A DNA stretch of 63,979 nucleotides, filler included, from Reticulomyxa filosa (GCA_000512085.1; 23 parts of 23 records of this genome joined end to end with filler, not necessarily neighbours in it); one strand, 5' to 3'. Shown: positions 37,003-50,927, counted from the first letter of the whole stretch. Notes: generated by a model from the letters alone, not told the origin. Numbers and translations: made by a program.

Positions 37003-37385
37003 TCCAAACCGAGATTGTGAATCTGTCTGAAATTTTTTGGCACATAAAAAAGTACGCCTAACTGTTAAACCGTGTCAATCTGGAAACAACACGCAGTTAT
37101 ATTCAGAAAATACCGACTACAGTTCGTTTCCATTGTATTTGTTTGTTTTGAAGATTAAATTATTCAATTACTTAAAGTAAGTTTGTATTTTTTTATTATA
37201 GGCACTGTCATTGGTCTTTTCAAATGAAACCAACTACGAACTGAAACAAATGTATTCTATTGTTTTGTTGTTTTTATTAGAACTGCATTTTGTTCACAGT
37301 ACTTGTAACTTCAAACACTGTACAACCCCCTTTTTCCCCGTTATTAATTCTCAAAAACATTCTAGCAGACATTTTTGCGTAAAAA

Positions 37386-38674
37386 ATGATATCTGGGGTA
37401 TTATTTTTCAACAGTGCTGCTGAGTTGATCATCTCTCGGTTTTACAAAAGTGATTACAGGTGCAAAAGCTTTTTGTACTGGAATTTCTGAAAATTGTTTC
37501 TCGTACTTTCTATTTACAGTTTCCTACCACATGCCATAAAAAAAAAAATGTTGACATTGTGTGAATAACAGCCGAATCGCTGCCGAGGCCTTTCGTACAA
37601 AAGTGATTGCTGCCAAAAACTATTCCCAGCCCGTGGTGGTACGCCAATGAAATGTGTATACGTAAAAAAAAAAGTAAAAATTGAAAATCGTGTGTTTTTT
37701 TTGTTGTGTCCGAATTGGGGGGGGTGTCAAAAAAAAAAAGAATGTTGGATCGTTCGTCGTTTATGTTTGTAAAATATGATGATTTGGTAGTGGTTGCATT
37801 GACTCGAAAGAATGCGAATGCAAATCTAGTCTTTGCATTTTTATATGAGCTTATTGACGTGTTCAGAGTTAAACAAACAAAAAAAATCACTTTGAAGAGA
37901 GTAGAAAGAGGGAGGGGAGAGGGGAGCAATAATTTTAGCAAATTATTTTGATGGGTCGTAAATTGGGGATTTTTTTATTAACAAAAAAAAAAAAAAAAAA
38001 AGTAACTTATTTTGAGGGCGAATTCAATGAGCAAGCATTGAGAAGCAACTTTGTGTTAGTGTATGAGTTATTGGACGAAGTGATGGATCACGGATATCCA
38101 CAAATAGTAAGTGTGGACTTATTGAAACAATATATCCATCAAGGAAGTGCGAAGCAAGTACAATCGTCAAATCAGGCAGACGCGAATCGAGAAACGCGCG
38201 AGTTGACAACAGCAATAACAGGAACGATACCTTGGAGACAAGAAGGGAAATACATGTATCAAACGAACGAAGTGTACTTGGACGTGGTGGAAGAGGTCCA
38301 TGCGATAGTCAACCAACAAGGCAAAGAGCTGAGTTGCTATTGTAACGGCAAAATAATGATGAAGTCGTCTTTGAGTGGAATGCCCATTTGTCGATTTGGA
38401 CTGAATGACAAAGTTTCCATGCAAAAGAGAAGGGAAGCCCGAGGGTCAAAAAAAAAAGTGTCTGATAAAAGTGGAATCGAACTCCAAGACGTCACTTTTC
38501 ATAAGGCTGTGCGATTGACGCGATATGACCAAGATAAGACGATCATGTTTACACCACCCGATGGAGAGTTTGAACTCATGGCGTATCGCATCAACAAAGT
38601 CGCCTTGCCATTCTCTGTTCAACACGAAATCGATGAAAGAGGAAGAAACCGTATCGAGTACAATATTACGATTA
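37386..38674 (+). CDS. AP2M1: AP-2 adaptor complex medium (mu) subunit (3' truncated)
   Basis: Exons MISGVLFFNSAAELIISRFYKSDYS / RIAAEAFRTKVI / ..NFVLVYELLDEVMDHGYPQ, NEVYLDVVE, LSGMPICRFGLNDK, DVTFHKAVRL, FTPPDGEFELMAYR. Confidence 0.9.
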
Positions 38675-38789
38675 NNNNNNNNNNNNNNNNNNNNNNNNNN
38701 NNNNNNNNNNNNNNNNNNTTAATTAATTAANNNNNNNNNNNNNNNNNNNNNNNNNNNNNNNNNNNNNNNNNNNNATTGCACTAGAAAAT

Positions 38790-41700
38790 ATTTTTTATTT
38801 TTTATAAATATAAATAGTTTATTAGCATTTGAATTCGATTTGATTGCAACACTCGGAAGTCATTTGGCTGCGATTCAATGCCAAAACTACGTGCTTCGCT
38901 AGGTTTTAGCATACGTGCTTTATGTACTTGGGTTTGTTTTATTAGACGCGCTTCGGACGTCACTTTGCCTTTTCTGCTGCTTATACGAGGCTGCTTTTGG
39001 ATTGCATGGAGGGAGTTGGAGTTCTCCTAAGGCTGATGAAATGATATTCAATTTTGAGTTTTTGAGTGTTTCTGAGCTTTTAGTTGACGCTGCGGAAAAA
39101 ATGCCTCTACAAATTTACTATCCAACGGGTATTGGAAAGCATTTCGAAATTGAAGAAAACACTATCAAAAGTTCATTGTAATATTACAACAAAAACTAAA
39201 ACAAAACAAAAAAAATACGATATAATTTATATTCAAGTTTTAATTGATTAAATACTCCAATTTTAGTAAAGCGAATAAATCAATCTTTTTTTCTAGATAC
39301 CTTTTGAAGAGTGTGACATATTTGTCATCACTGGATTAGAGTGAGTAGAACGCTTTTCGTATTATATTATGTTTCAAGGCACTTTTATCACTCCCACAAC
39401 AGCTATCAAACACACTTCATGTTTTAGGCTTATTACGGAAGAAGTTTGTTTGGTTAAAAATTAAACCAATAACAAGTGACAAGCTTTCATGGCATATCAA
39501 TCTCCATTCAGAGAACGAGATTGTTGATATGAAAGATAAAGCTCTTGTTGGGGCTCAAGAGGCATGTTTGGCTTCAAATCTCTTTTCTGGCGTAAAAGAG
39601 ATTATACACAAGGCAGAAAGACCAGCAATGCTTTGCTATGTAGTGTGTTTCTAAAGCTTTTCGTGATCAACTATTTCAGGATTACAAATTTAACATGTAC
39701 TTCCATTCTGGGCCAACCAAAGAAATATAGTGATTTTTTTTGTAGGATATATAATTAAAGGAGATAGAAAGAAAAAAATGAACTTAGAACAAATAGAATG
39801 GTTGAAGTGTAACTAAGTTTCAATCTTTTTCAATGCAATTTGTAAATGTTTCAATTTTTGTTTTTGTGATGTCTATTTTTTTATATCTTCGTCATTAGTT
39901 TGTTTCAAACTTCAAGCTAGTACTTTTTTTGTTTGTAGAAGGAAAATACAACTTGAGGTAACTAATCGATTTACCTCAAATGACAATCGTTACTATAGAA
40001 GCAATGTCAAACACGAAAAAAAGTATTTTTTTATTACTTTTGTTTTTATATGTGAAGAGGGAAGTAATAGTACACTTAAAAAAAGAGTTAAGAGTCGCAC
40101 TTTGAAATTGAAAGATGATTTAAAAAAATTACCAATTTCTGCGAGCGGTTGGTAGATATGCCATAATGAAAGTGATAAAAATGACATCAGCATTGCCATC
40201 GATGCATGGTTCGGAACTGACAAATTGATACAAGAAACCCTTGTCACTGGTAGCGTGATACTTAGTATCACACGACACATATAATGCCATATCTTGATAG
40301 TGGTAATGAGTGACGTTTTTTTACCAATAGTTTGTATAGCCTTTTGCTCATGTCATATAAGTCGCATCGTCCTCATTACCTTCGTGTCTGTTGTCCATCT
40401 CCCAGATTCTTCATTGGATTGAGTACATTCAGTCGACATCCAGCCTGTCTTTGCCTGCTTTTGGTGTGTTCGGTCCATCTTTGCTTTTTTTCCTTCACTT
40501 TTAAGCGCTACGTGCCCGAGTTTCTGCTTGTCTTCATTTCCTTCAAGAGATTCCTTCGAGCCTTATTTTGTATCTTTTCATGGTACAGCAGGTACTCCAA
40601 CGTATATTGGATGTTCTGTAGCAGCTCCGCGTATTGCTCCAACGGAAGTTGCCCATAGAAGAACCTCAATCCTGGTATATTCTTGTTTTTTTTGTTGTTT
40701 CAATGTTTTCATTTTTTTTTTTGCACAATTATTTCAAATGCGGATTTACGCGTCAATCAGATATACATATATGTGTGACAAATTTTGTTTATGACGGACA
40801 CACGATAAACTAACTACCATGGTTTCACATACTCGGGCGACTCTTGAGTTTATTAGATACAAATGTCTTTGACGTGCTCTTTGTAAAGGATTCATTTGCT
40901 TGCGATAACTCACTTTTGCTATGTCGTTCACTTACACGTTTGCAACTGCGTCCGGAAATAGCTTTAGAAAGTGATTCAACATATCTGATATCAGACAGAA
41001 ACGTGACTCAGTGTCTTCGTCTCGAGTCACTTTTACGTGCATCGATTCTTCCAGCAATAACGAATACATCAGCTAAATCTCTAAGTAGTGTTCGACCTCA
41101 GAAACTTCCAACACACTCAAATAAAACGAATTGCGCAATTTTTTCCAAAGATTTTCACCAAATAGGGATCTGGCAGTACTTGAAATTGTGTCATTTTACT
41201 TTTAGCTTTGTCAATATTCCAAAAATAATGATGCTAAAAGATTCTTTTTTATAAGGAACACAAACGCTTTTTTGAAGTAGGTTTTCTTGTAGTTAAACAA
41301 ATACAAAAAATCATTTGCTTTGTAATTTCAATTATTTAGTGTGGAAAGATTAAATGTTATTTAAAAAAAGAAGCACCACATAATATGCAAGAATTTTTTA
41401 CTCTTTTACTAATAACAAATGAAAAGATGCAAACTAGCGCACTTTGAATACTTCATAATCTTGTGGACATTGGACTGACCAACAGTCACAGTAGCGCCTT
41501 TATTGCCACATTTGTTATGAAAGTCGTACACACTGAACCAATCACGCAAAGCTTGAAATAGTAATTGAATCTTGTTATTGATAAAAGGGATTGCAATATG
41601 ACTTCTTTTTGAAAAGGTAAGATGACTGAATAAAAAATTTCTTTTATTTTATCACAAATCCAAATAAAACAATGATCACAAATGAATATATTGCAACTAA

Positions 41701-42280
41701 GTAATACAAAGAAATGGGAAAATCGTTGTTATATGGCGTGAACTAGATACGATTCATGAAGTACCCACGCATTCGAAGTAGGTATTGGTCGGAAATCCGA
41801 AACGAGTCTTGTTTGATGACAACAGTATCGCTTTTGCTTTTGTAACAGATGATATCAGCAATCTTAGTCCAGCTAGTTACTGCAGCAGTAATCATAATTC
41901 CTTCAGGAAGTAGCTATATAAATATATCAATTGTGTGATTAAAATATCCAAACTCAACTTGTAAAAAACCTCAAAGCCAGTGCTAACGTGGATAGACGTA
42001 CTGATAGTAATGTGTTATCACATTTCATTTGATCAACCAAAGGGTCTTCAAAATGTAACTCTTTCGTTTCTTTACTTTCAATTTAAATTGGCCATACACT
42101 CCGTCAAAGCATCAATCATAATTTGACCATTTGTTGCAAAAACTGAAATTGACCTAACTGCTTGCAAAATGTCACTTTCTTGTTGTTTTTACACAAATCT
42201 TTTTCATAGTTTTCTTAAGGTTTTGGAATTTAAAGACATTTGAATATTGTAAAAAGATTAGTGGTAAACATGATTATTTC
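38790..42280. pseudogene. Mosaic of decayed coding fragments on both strands
   Basis: Coding-like composition with in-frame stops, e.g. minus strand ~41190-40500 LFGENLWKKLRNSFY..LEI*LMYS..ANV*VNDIAK and NIPGLRFFYGQLPLEQY. Confidence 0.5.
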
Positions 42281-42379
42281 TTTTTTTCTTTTCTCCAAGG
42301 AAATACTTGTATGGCTGTTTCTCTATGAGACTCTATTGTATCACTATTCCCAAATGTGACATACTGATACTCCTGAAGG

Positions 42380-42745
42380 TTATTTGTTTTGTAAACCGTT
42401 TTTCGTTTTGAAGAAAGATATTGTAAGATTCCCCCATGTTTCATTATCTATGTATTCACTGATTGTAATTGTATTTTTTACTGTTTTTGTTTTTCCAATT
42501 ATTATTGGGATCCAAGTTATTTTAAGGATAGGTTTATCAGTATCAAATTCTTTTTTCACATTTTCATCCGATTCAACGATGTTATCATCATTATCAACCA
42601 ATTGTAATTTTAAATTATCTTTATTGATTTTTTCGAAATCTATTTGTTTCAAACAATAATAACTTTGATGAAGAAGTTCTTGAAATGTCAATTTTTTTAT
42701 TTTTATCAATTTTTCTCTTCCATCCACCTGTATATACGCGTAAAT
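42380..42745 (-). pseudogene. Truncated caspase-like (C14) family gene with N-terminal PB1/ubiquitin-like module
   Basis: KLQLVDNDDNIVESDENVKKEF..KITW, then KTKTVKN[deletion]TITISEYIDNETWGNL, which matches the first strand/loop of metacaspase-like domains (ALVxxIxISEY..WxNL). The catalytic part is absent. Confidence 0.55.
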
Positions 42746-43233
42746 TATTTATATTTTGTTTATAATTCGAATTAAGAAAAAAATGTTAAAAAGAACAATT
42801 AGTAACTTCGTCTTCTTTGCTATCTGGACTAGTCTATTTACCGAATAACATTATCGATACACATTAGCAATAATGATGTTAAAAATAAAAAATACATAAC
42901 AAAATCAAGGTAAGCATCAATGGAAAAGCAAATAAAGTATGTCATCTTTTGTAATTTCATGTTTCCATTTGGATTTGCTCAATAACCACGCTCCAAATTA
43001 TTCATTTGAAATTGTTTTAAATTTTCAATTATCTGTTTTATCTTTTTGTTCTATTTGATTCCACGATTTCATCCACTTTTGTTTTTTTAATTTTTTTTTT
43101 AAGTATGCATAATATTTATGTCTTTATTTGTATNNNNNNNNNNNNNNNNNNNNNNNNNNNNNNNNNNNNNNNNNNNNTTAATTAATTAANNNNNNNNNNN
43201 NNNNNNNNNNNNNNNNNNNNNNNNNNNNNNNNN

Positions 43234-43512
43234 GCTGTATGGTCTGTTGAATATTCACCATTTGTAATAAAGAACAGAAGTGGTAATTCAAATGTGATAT
43301 GCTCTGGATCATGGGATAACACAATTCGATTTTGGGATATTCGATCAAATAAGAATGAATTGTATATGATCAAAGGAGATGACAGAAAAGATAATGGAAT
43401 ACTTTGTCTTAAATTTATTGAATTGAAAAAGAAAGAGAAGACAAAGAATGTTACATATGATGTGAGTTTGTGTTATGGTTCACGCAAAGGTTTCATTCGT
43501 ATTTGGGGATAA
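43234..43512 (+). CDS. WD40-repeat protein, C-terminal part (5' truncated)
   Basis: AVWSVEYSP..ICSGSWDNTIRFWDIRSNK..LCYGSRKGFIRIWG; nearly identical to 17937-18253. Confidence 0.85.
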   Translation, partial: AVWSVEYSPFVIKNRSGNSNVICSGSWDNTIRFWDIRSNKNELYMIKGDDRKDNGILCLKFIELKKKEKTKNVTYDVSLCYGSRKGFIRIWG

Positions 43513-44734
43513 TTTTTTTTTTTGTCGAATAATAAGTGAAATTATTTTTTTTTGAAAATTTTGATTAAAAGGAAAGTAAGATGATTTTAAACTTGTTTGA
43601 TTGATTGAGTGCAAGCATTGAAAGATTTGCCTATCTTACTTTGCTGTTTAAAAAATTGAAAAAGTTGCGTTCAATGTTTTTTAAAAAATTCAAAAAAATA
43701 ATAAATTAAAATTGTTTTAAATAGCAACATTAAATGCAAGATATTTCAAGTATTGCGTTCTCTTCATTGCAAATCGCTACTAAATTTTTTAGATTGTTTT
43801 CAATGTTTATTTGCTATTTTTTTTGTATAGTATCGAACAATCAAAATAGGAAAATATTAAAGTGCTAACAGTGTGCATTATCAAAAATAACATTTTTTAC
43901 TGAAACAAGATACAAATGATTAGTAAATCAAAAAAATGCGATATCAGGAATAGTTCATCTTAAGATACATTCATTCCTTATGTTTTTAGCATCAAAGTAT
44001 TTTTAACTAAGGAAAAAAATGATTAATCTAAAAGTTTTATTCAAACATAAATTTGGTCTTTGATTGAACTATCATTTTTTAATTTAATTTCTTTTTTCAA
44101 TTGTTCAATTTCAGTAAGTTGATTATCCTAATTAATGAATTATTTAAATGTTCATTAATGATTTTCACCAAAGAATAAGATGACATCATTGATACATTCA
44201 TATGCATATTCATTGAATGATGCGATATATGCGATATTATCACAATCAGATGATTGATGAAATTGAAAAGTGCTGTTTTCATCATATTGAATTAATAATA
44301 ATAATATATCAAAACAAAGATAACAGCATTTCATACTTTTTCTTCATTTATTTTCATTATTTCTTTTACTTGTCCTTTTTGTGTGTGTTCAGACGCATTA
44401 TTACGTTAACAAGCAAAGAAATTCATCAAAAATAATTATATTTTAGTTTCATCAGTAAAAATAATATCATCTTTGATTAAATGAAAAATATAAATAAAAA
44501 ACTATATAGCATAAAGTTAATATAATCACATAGAAAAAATATCCAATATCAATGAATTGTTTACCAACATAAATTTCATTTTTACAAAGATGCAAATCCA
44601 ATCAATCGTCTTCCTTTGTTATGTCATTAAATTAAAATAACCATCTTTTGATATTTTTTTAAGAATTGCAGACTTTGTGAGATATTGCTTGTGATTTTTT
44701 TTAATTCAGTTTTGCTTTTAAAAACTTCTTCATG

Positions 44735-44940
44735 AACAATTGAATGTTCTCGATCAAGTGATAGTATAATTCGTTTTTGGAATATTCGGTCAAATAAGAA
44801 CGAATTGTATGTGATTAATGTAGATATAAAAAATGATAAAATACTATTTTGTTTTAAATTCCTACAACTACGTTAGAATAACAAAAGTAATAGTGATGAT
44901 ATTAATTTATGTTATGGTTCAATTCATTTTTGGAGATAAT
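44735..44940 (+). pseudogene. Decayed WD40 C-terminal copy
   Basis: CSRSSDSIIRFWNIRSNKNELYVI..CFKFLQL..INLCYGSIHFWR* is the same terminal module with an indel. Confidence 0.7.
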
Positions 44941-45577
44941 ATCATTTCTCTACCAATAAAATAATTTATTTGGGTAATTATTCTTTTGATTAATTAAGTG
45001 AAGTAATCACTATTTGTTAATTAGGAAAAAAAAACTGCATGCTAAAATGCCACCCATTGAAGTGATTATGTTAAAAGTTCTCTTTTTAGTTTTGCCTTTA
45101 TTTAATTTGAGTTTTTTTGTATCCATTTTTACTTTGTTATATTGATACACTGTAGCAATTGATAACACAATTTTCATTTAGCAGTAATAATTATTTAATA
45201 TCGTATTGCATGAGCTCTGTCAAAGTATTTTGAACAGTTAATTGACAATTATTAAATATATAGTACAAGAAATCAATAACACTGACAATTCCAAAGTAAT
45301 ATTATGATACAATAATTGGAAAGCAATTAATTGTTATGATCTTTTATTAACATATAAAAAAAAATCCCTTAAAATGAACTGACGCAAAAATTTACAATCT
45401 GGTTTATGAAAAAAAAACTTTTCAAACTTTTGTTTAAATGAAACATATATATCGTGGTGAGTCCAAAAATATATTTTNNNNNNNNNNNNNNNNNNNNNNN
45501 NNNNNNNNNNNNNNNNNNNNNTTAATTAATTAANNNNNNNNNNNNNNNNNNNNNNNNNNNNNNNNNNNNNNNNNNNN

Positions 45578-46453
45578 TTTTTTTTTTTTGTCTCCAAAAC
45601 TGGCTGCCAATGCGAATATACTTATTAAATAAATAAAAAGCGGCCATTTTGCAACACAAAAATTGTCGGTCCCATGTGGAGTAACTCTTGCGCGTGGACG
45701 TGTTGGAGGATTCTCGTCCGTTGTCGTTGGCTTGGTTTGCAAGGGCTTGCTGTTGTTCTTCCCACTGCTTAAGACAGCGATCGACGTGGGAGTTGACCGT
45801 GGCAGCGTCGTGGACGAGCATCGACCGGGGCAAGTCCTTCGGCAATCGAATGTTCTTCTGTTCTAGCACCGTGGGGGTGTTCAGGTAGCTCAAGCTGGCG
45901 CTTTTGCTGGGGAGATCATCATCTGCTCCGTTGCCTCGTCCAGGAGTCCCGGTTAGACTGTTGTCTTCCATCCCATCCGTGTCCACTCCACTCAGAATAT
46001 GCGATCGCACATATTCTTGAAACTGGGTCATTTCGATCACGGATAATAACAACTCTAAATTTTTTTTTTTTTTTTTTTTTATTATTATATAATTTTTACG
46101 TATTGTAAAAATATTGCACCGTTCAAGTTGCAAAGTGAACTGCTTTTTTTTTTTTTTTTTTTTTTTCTCATACCTAAGCTGAATTCTTTACTTAAATGCC
46201 TCATGAACACATCAATGGCACTCGAGTCACTAAGCACTTGTTCCAAAGTCAGTTCTTCCCTGAGCAAATGCATTTCCTTTTCGATGATCGCTGTCTTCTT
46301 TTGCTTCCTCGCAAATTCTTTCGACAAAACAATAAACGGATAACACAGGCACTTGTCTTTCACCGGTGGAGGCACCTTTTTCACAAGCAATGGCTCCTTA
46401 TTTTTCTTCGAAAGGTTTGCTTTGTCATTGATTTCATGTTCCGTTTCTCTACA

Positions 46454-46486
<33 letters not shown>

Positions 46487-47854
46487 CGATGTGCAATGCA
46501 CATACACACACACACACACACAAATGAGTACACAAATACTCTTTTTTTTTTTTTAAAAAAAAAAAAAAATGCAAATCAACTGGCGATGTCGCAATTTGTG
46601 AATGTAGCTATTTTGATAAATAGCAAATGTCACTGACCACACATTGTTATATAAAATGAAAAATGCAATAACATAAGTCATCACCAAATTGATAATTAAA
46701 TAGAACGTGTAATTTTCCTTGTCGTCATGCGACCACACCCATCCATAATACGACGATAATGAGATACAGAGAATCACATCCAAAATAAACAAAAACAGAG
46801 AAGTAAACATCATTTCTGCATTTGGCAGTCAAAACACAAAAAGAAGTATTATTTTGGAGGGACACGCATATCAATATAAATATATATATATTTATATGTA
46901 TATAAACATATATATATATATATAAACATATAACCTTCTCGAAAATGGAATCCATCGTCGAATATCAATACAAATTTACGAAGTCGATACATTACAACAA
47001 TAGCAACAATGACCAACGAGACTTAGCAGTTAATTAAAACAAGGAAAAAAAATTTTTTTTTTTTTTGGTTCACTTTTTGCGGTGGTTATTTTTTTGTACA
47101 TACATAAACATATATATATATATAAATATAAATAAATATAAATATAAATAAATATAAATAAATAGATATATTTACATTTACTTATTTATTTTGATTCATT
47201 TATATTAACATGTATATACATAAATGACGAAACTTGCAATACATCCTGTGATAAACAAGTTAATAAAGGCGCCAATGTATTCCCATCGATGCCCAGTGAC
47301 CCAAACCCATAGGTCGACAGCGAGGATAGCAATGACGGGAATGGAGACGGTGATGGCCACACGCTGGTTCATGTAGTGCTCGTGACCCAGTGTGGTCATG
47401 TGTCGCAAGTAAAAGTTCTCTTGGAAGTGCTTTTCACCGAAATGAAGCGGATCTATGACGGCCTTCCATGTACTCTCGAACATGTAATAGTTATAGCAAA
47501 TGTGATAGTGACCCAACCAACAACGATACGCCCATAATGCAATTGATATCATTGGAACTGGATACACACAAAAATAAAAAATTCCAATGTTTTGTACCAC
47601 CATTTCTTGTCCATTTCGTTATCATCGTTAAATGAACTCGGAAATCCGTACAATATTATTTTTAGTGCCATCCACCCTAAAAATATTTGCATCAGATGAC
47701 CATTTAACACTGTTAATCGGTCAAACCGTTTTTGGTACCATTTCGAAGGACTATAACGTCGAAAGATTGCCAAAAAAACAAACCCTAACAAAAATATTAC
47801 ACTCAAAAATATCAATGTCACAATACAAAGAGTTGACGCTGTTGAATCCTTCAT
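45578..47854 (-). CDS. Multi-TM (7TM-like) protein fused to an RGS domain (3' truncated)
   Basis: Several hydrophobic helices across exons 47854-46600. RGS motif LTLEQVLSDSSAIDVFMRHLSKEFSL|ELLLSVIEMTQF spans a clean GT-AG intron, followed by AFYLFNKYIRIGSQF. One frameshift in a T-run at ~47578. Confidence 0.82.
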
Positions 47855-48350
47855 TTCGTAATGTTTTTTTTTGTTTTCTCTTTGTGTAGTTTTTTCCCTT
47901 CCGTGAGGAGGATCCTTTTATCATGTTATTCGTTCTTTGCTTTGCCTCTTTTTTGATATCGATTATTTCTGCACTATGTTTTCAAGTAACGTCGAGGCAA
48001 TATATAAACTTTTTTGCTACAACTGGGCACTCATCAATATTATATATACCTTCTTATGTACTGACTCAAAAGAAATAAAAATAATATAAAGGGTATCTAA
48101 AAAATAAATCGTAAACGTGAATAATTTTATTTTTTAAAAAGATGTCATCTGGACAGAATACAGCGAAATGTTTTATTACTCCAATTTGTTAATATTATAA
48201 ATATTTGAGTTTGTGCCAATTGAAGATAGAATGCACAAGAGAAAAGTAGTAATTTAAGAAAAGCATCAAAAGAAGACTGGCCACTGTAGCTAAAATTTTG
48301 TATTTGTTTGTTTGTTTGTTTTATTCCTTTACATCTACATCCTGCTTAAT

Positions 48351-49764
48351 TTAATCTTTATCGCACACACCATTTTCGTCAGCAAGTTTCTGAGTATTTT
48401 GTAAGAACACACGAATTTCATTCCAATATTGGTCACCTCCAACCACCCAAGCGTCATTGTGAGTGGCTTTGGAAATGGTATACCAAGATTTAAACCGAGT
48501 GCTATTTGCGGTATGATATAGCTTATGCATTTGTTCATTAGGAACAATTTCATCCTTTTTTTATTATTTTATTATTATTATTATTATTATCATTATTATT
48601 GTTATTGTCATTGTCATTGTTGTTACTCCCTCCCTCCCTCCCTCCTTCCCTCTTTCCTCTCTTTCTACTGAACACGTTCACTGGTTAAGAAGAGCAATGG
48701 ACATGTAATATGCGAAATGGATTGAATGGACTTCCAATGCATGCGCAGTACATATCTTTTGACAAAATCGAAATCCAAGAATGGCAATACCTTTTTGACC
48801 ATATCGGCGATGCTAGTAAATGTATTTTCCAAAATCACCCCGGCCAATTTGTCGTTGTTTTGTGAAGCCAAATGCACCGCCACCGCCCCACCCAAAGAGC
48901 GTCCAAACAGATAGATTTTTTGTCGGTCTATGTCCAACGTGTCCCAGTTGTTGTGCACATACTCCAATGACGTCTAGCATTTTTAGATATAATTTTTAAA
49001 TTTTTGGATGTAAAAAAAAAAAAATTATAATGTGCTATAAATAATTTATTCCTTCTTTTTTTTTTGTTTTTATTTTTTTATTTACTTATTTAAAACCTCG
49101 TTCTTTCCTTACGTACATTGGGATATATATATATGTATACGTATATAAGTAGGTATCACTTACTTAACCGCAGCGTCAAGTTTCAACCCTTCCTCACTTG
49201 GTTCCCCTTCACTGTTCCCATACCTTTTTTTTTTTGACCAATTAAAAAAAAAAAAATTTTCTTCGAGTGCGAATAAGCGTGAACTTTTTTTATTTAAAAA
49301 AAAAAAAAAATCTAACCCTCGGTAAGATAACATAAAAATGTTTGCCCCCAAGTCATGAAACATTTTGCGAATTCCAGGAAGACGAAACCCCATATCTGGT
49401 AAAACAGGATACAAACACAAGACTCATTCTGAGTGATTGAGAAAGGGGACAAAAAAAACAAGAATATAAACAAAACCCCAAAACTTCCGGCATTTTCATG
49501 AAAAAATAAAATGGTGGGGGAGGTTTTACTGTTTTGTTGTGGGATCCACCAACAGTGCACCTTGATGTTATCTGGGGTTGTTAAGTAAAGATCCACATAT
49601 TCCAAGTCTACTTGACCAGGGTTTTGGTAAGGACTTGGATTTGCAGAGGTTTGTTTCGGGGTTATGATTTCATTCATGTACAATAACTTTTCTTGGTAGT
49701 AATAAATCAAAGACAAAAAGCAAACAGCCAGTACAAACGCTGACGCTATCTGTTTAAAACCCAT
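48351..49764 (-). CDS. ABHD13: ABHD13/Bem46-family alpha/beta hydrolase, complete, 5 exons
   Basis: N-terminal TM, FFHENAGNMGFRL, SYRGYGNSEGEPSEEGL, GRSLGGAVA (Ser), SERDEIVP (Asp), ATHNDAW (His). All four introns are GT-AG. Confidence 0.92.
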
Positions 49765-50320
49765 GTTTCACTTTGTTTTTTTCAAGGCAATAAATTTACA
49801 ATATCAAACGATACTTTGCTGATGCATTTACCAAATGGGAAAAAAACACTACAAAAATGATTGCCTTACAGAAGCACAATGTTCATACATGAATTCATTG
49901 TCCCTTCTACACAAGCCCTTGCTGTTTTCACGTTGTTTCAACATTCTGTCTTCGATTGAGCTAAAGCGTTTATTCATTTTTGCCAATTGTTTATCACAAA
50001 GTGCTTATATCATTTCAATCGTAATTATTTATCTTTCGATTTTTTTTTTTCTCGTTGCTTTTACGCATAATTAATTTCTTTTTAATTGCAAAGTCACAAT
50101 TGTTAAACTTTTAAAAATCAATTGTTGCATACCTCATAAGTCAAAAAATAACATTGAACAAGTCAAAGAATTCTTTTTTAATAATTTGAAAAATAGAAAT
50201 TATTGTGATTATTCAACAATAAATACAGGAAATGATTATTTACCATTTTAATTGAAACAAGAAAAAAAGAGAGAGGAGAAGAAAGGGAAAAAAAAACAAA
50301 AACAAAGGGAAAAGACTCAA

Positions 50321-50725
50321 TCACGAAGTACGATTAAGTAACCAGTCCGTCATTTTAAAAAAAATTTTGATCATGTGTTGTTCAACCATCCCGAGATCAT
50401 TAATAGTTTGAGGAATCCACCCTCCATCTTTACATTGGAGCACATAGGTGACCTTGCAAGTGTCAGGCACAGCCTTGTGTTCGCCGACTCCAAAGTACAC
50501 TTTGATATTTTTGCCAACGACAAAATTGGAAAAGTCGCTGTCTGTCACTGCAGTCAAGTCACTCATACTTTGGCTTCTCAAAAGCATTTTTTGCGAATTC
50601 ACAATGTGTAAATCGGTACTCGAGGTAGTTGCAGATTTCGAGTTATCCAATTTCACGTCATCAAACTTGGAATTGGATTCACTTCCTTTTTTAAGCAACT
50701 TTGACTTGTCTTTATCATTTCTATT
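50321..50725 (-). CDS. START-like domain protein, last exon
   Basis: CKVTYVLQCKDGGWIPQTIND matches the START C-terminal xTY..DxGGWIP motif. Confidence 0.6.
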   Translation of the reverse strand, partial: NRNDKDKSKLLKKGSESNSKFDDVKLDNSKSATTSSTDLHIVNSQKMLLRSQSMSDLTAVTDSDFSNFVVGKNIKVYFGVGEHKAVPDTCKVTYVLQCKDGGWIPQTINDLGMVEQHMIKIFFKMTDWLLNRTS

Positions 50726-50927
50726 TGAAACATAAAAAAAATACGTATACAAATATATACATATATATATATGTATATGTATGTATATATACGTATGTAT
50801 AATCTTTTTTAAACATTTCATGGTAACNNNNNNNNNNNNNNNNNNNNNNNNNNNNNNNNNNNNNNNNNNNNTTAATTAATTAANNNNNNNNNNNNNNNNN
50901 NNNNNNNNNNNNNNNNNNNNNNNNNNN

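Noticed and set aside
22039-38005. Apparent non-canonical splice acceptors (TMEM151 ~22213; AP-2 mu ~37741 and ~38004)
   Set aside because: Each lies right after a long A homopolymer, where one-base miscalls are typical. Other introns checked are clean GT-AG. RNA-seq would be needed to revive the idea.
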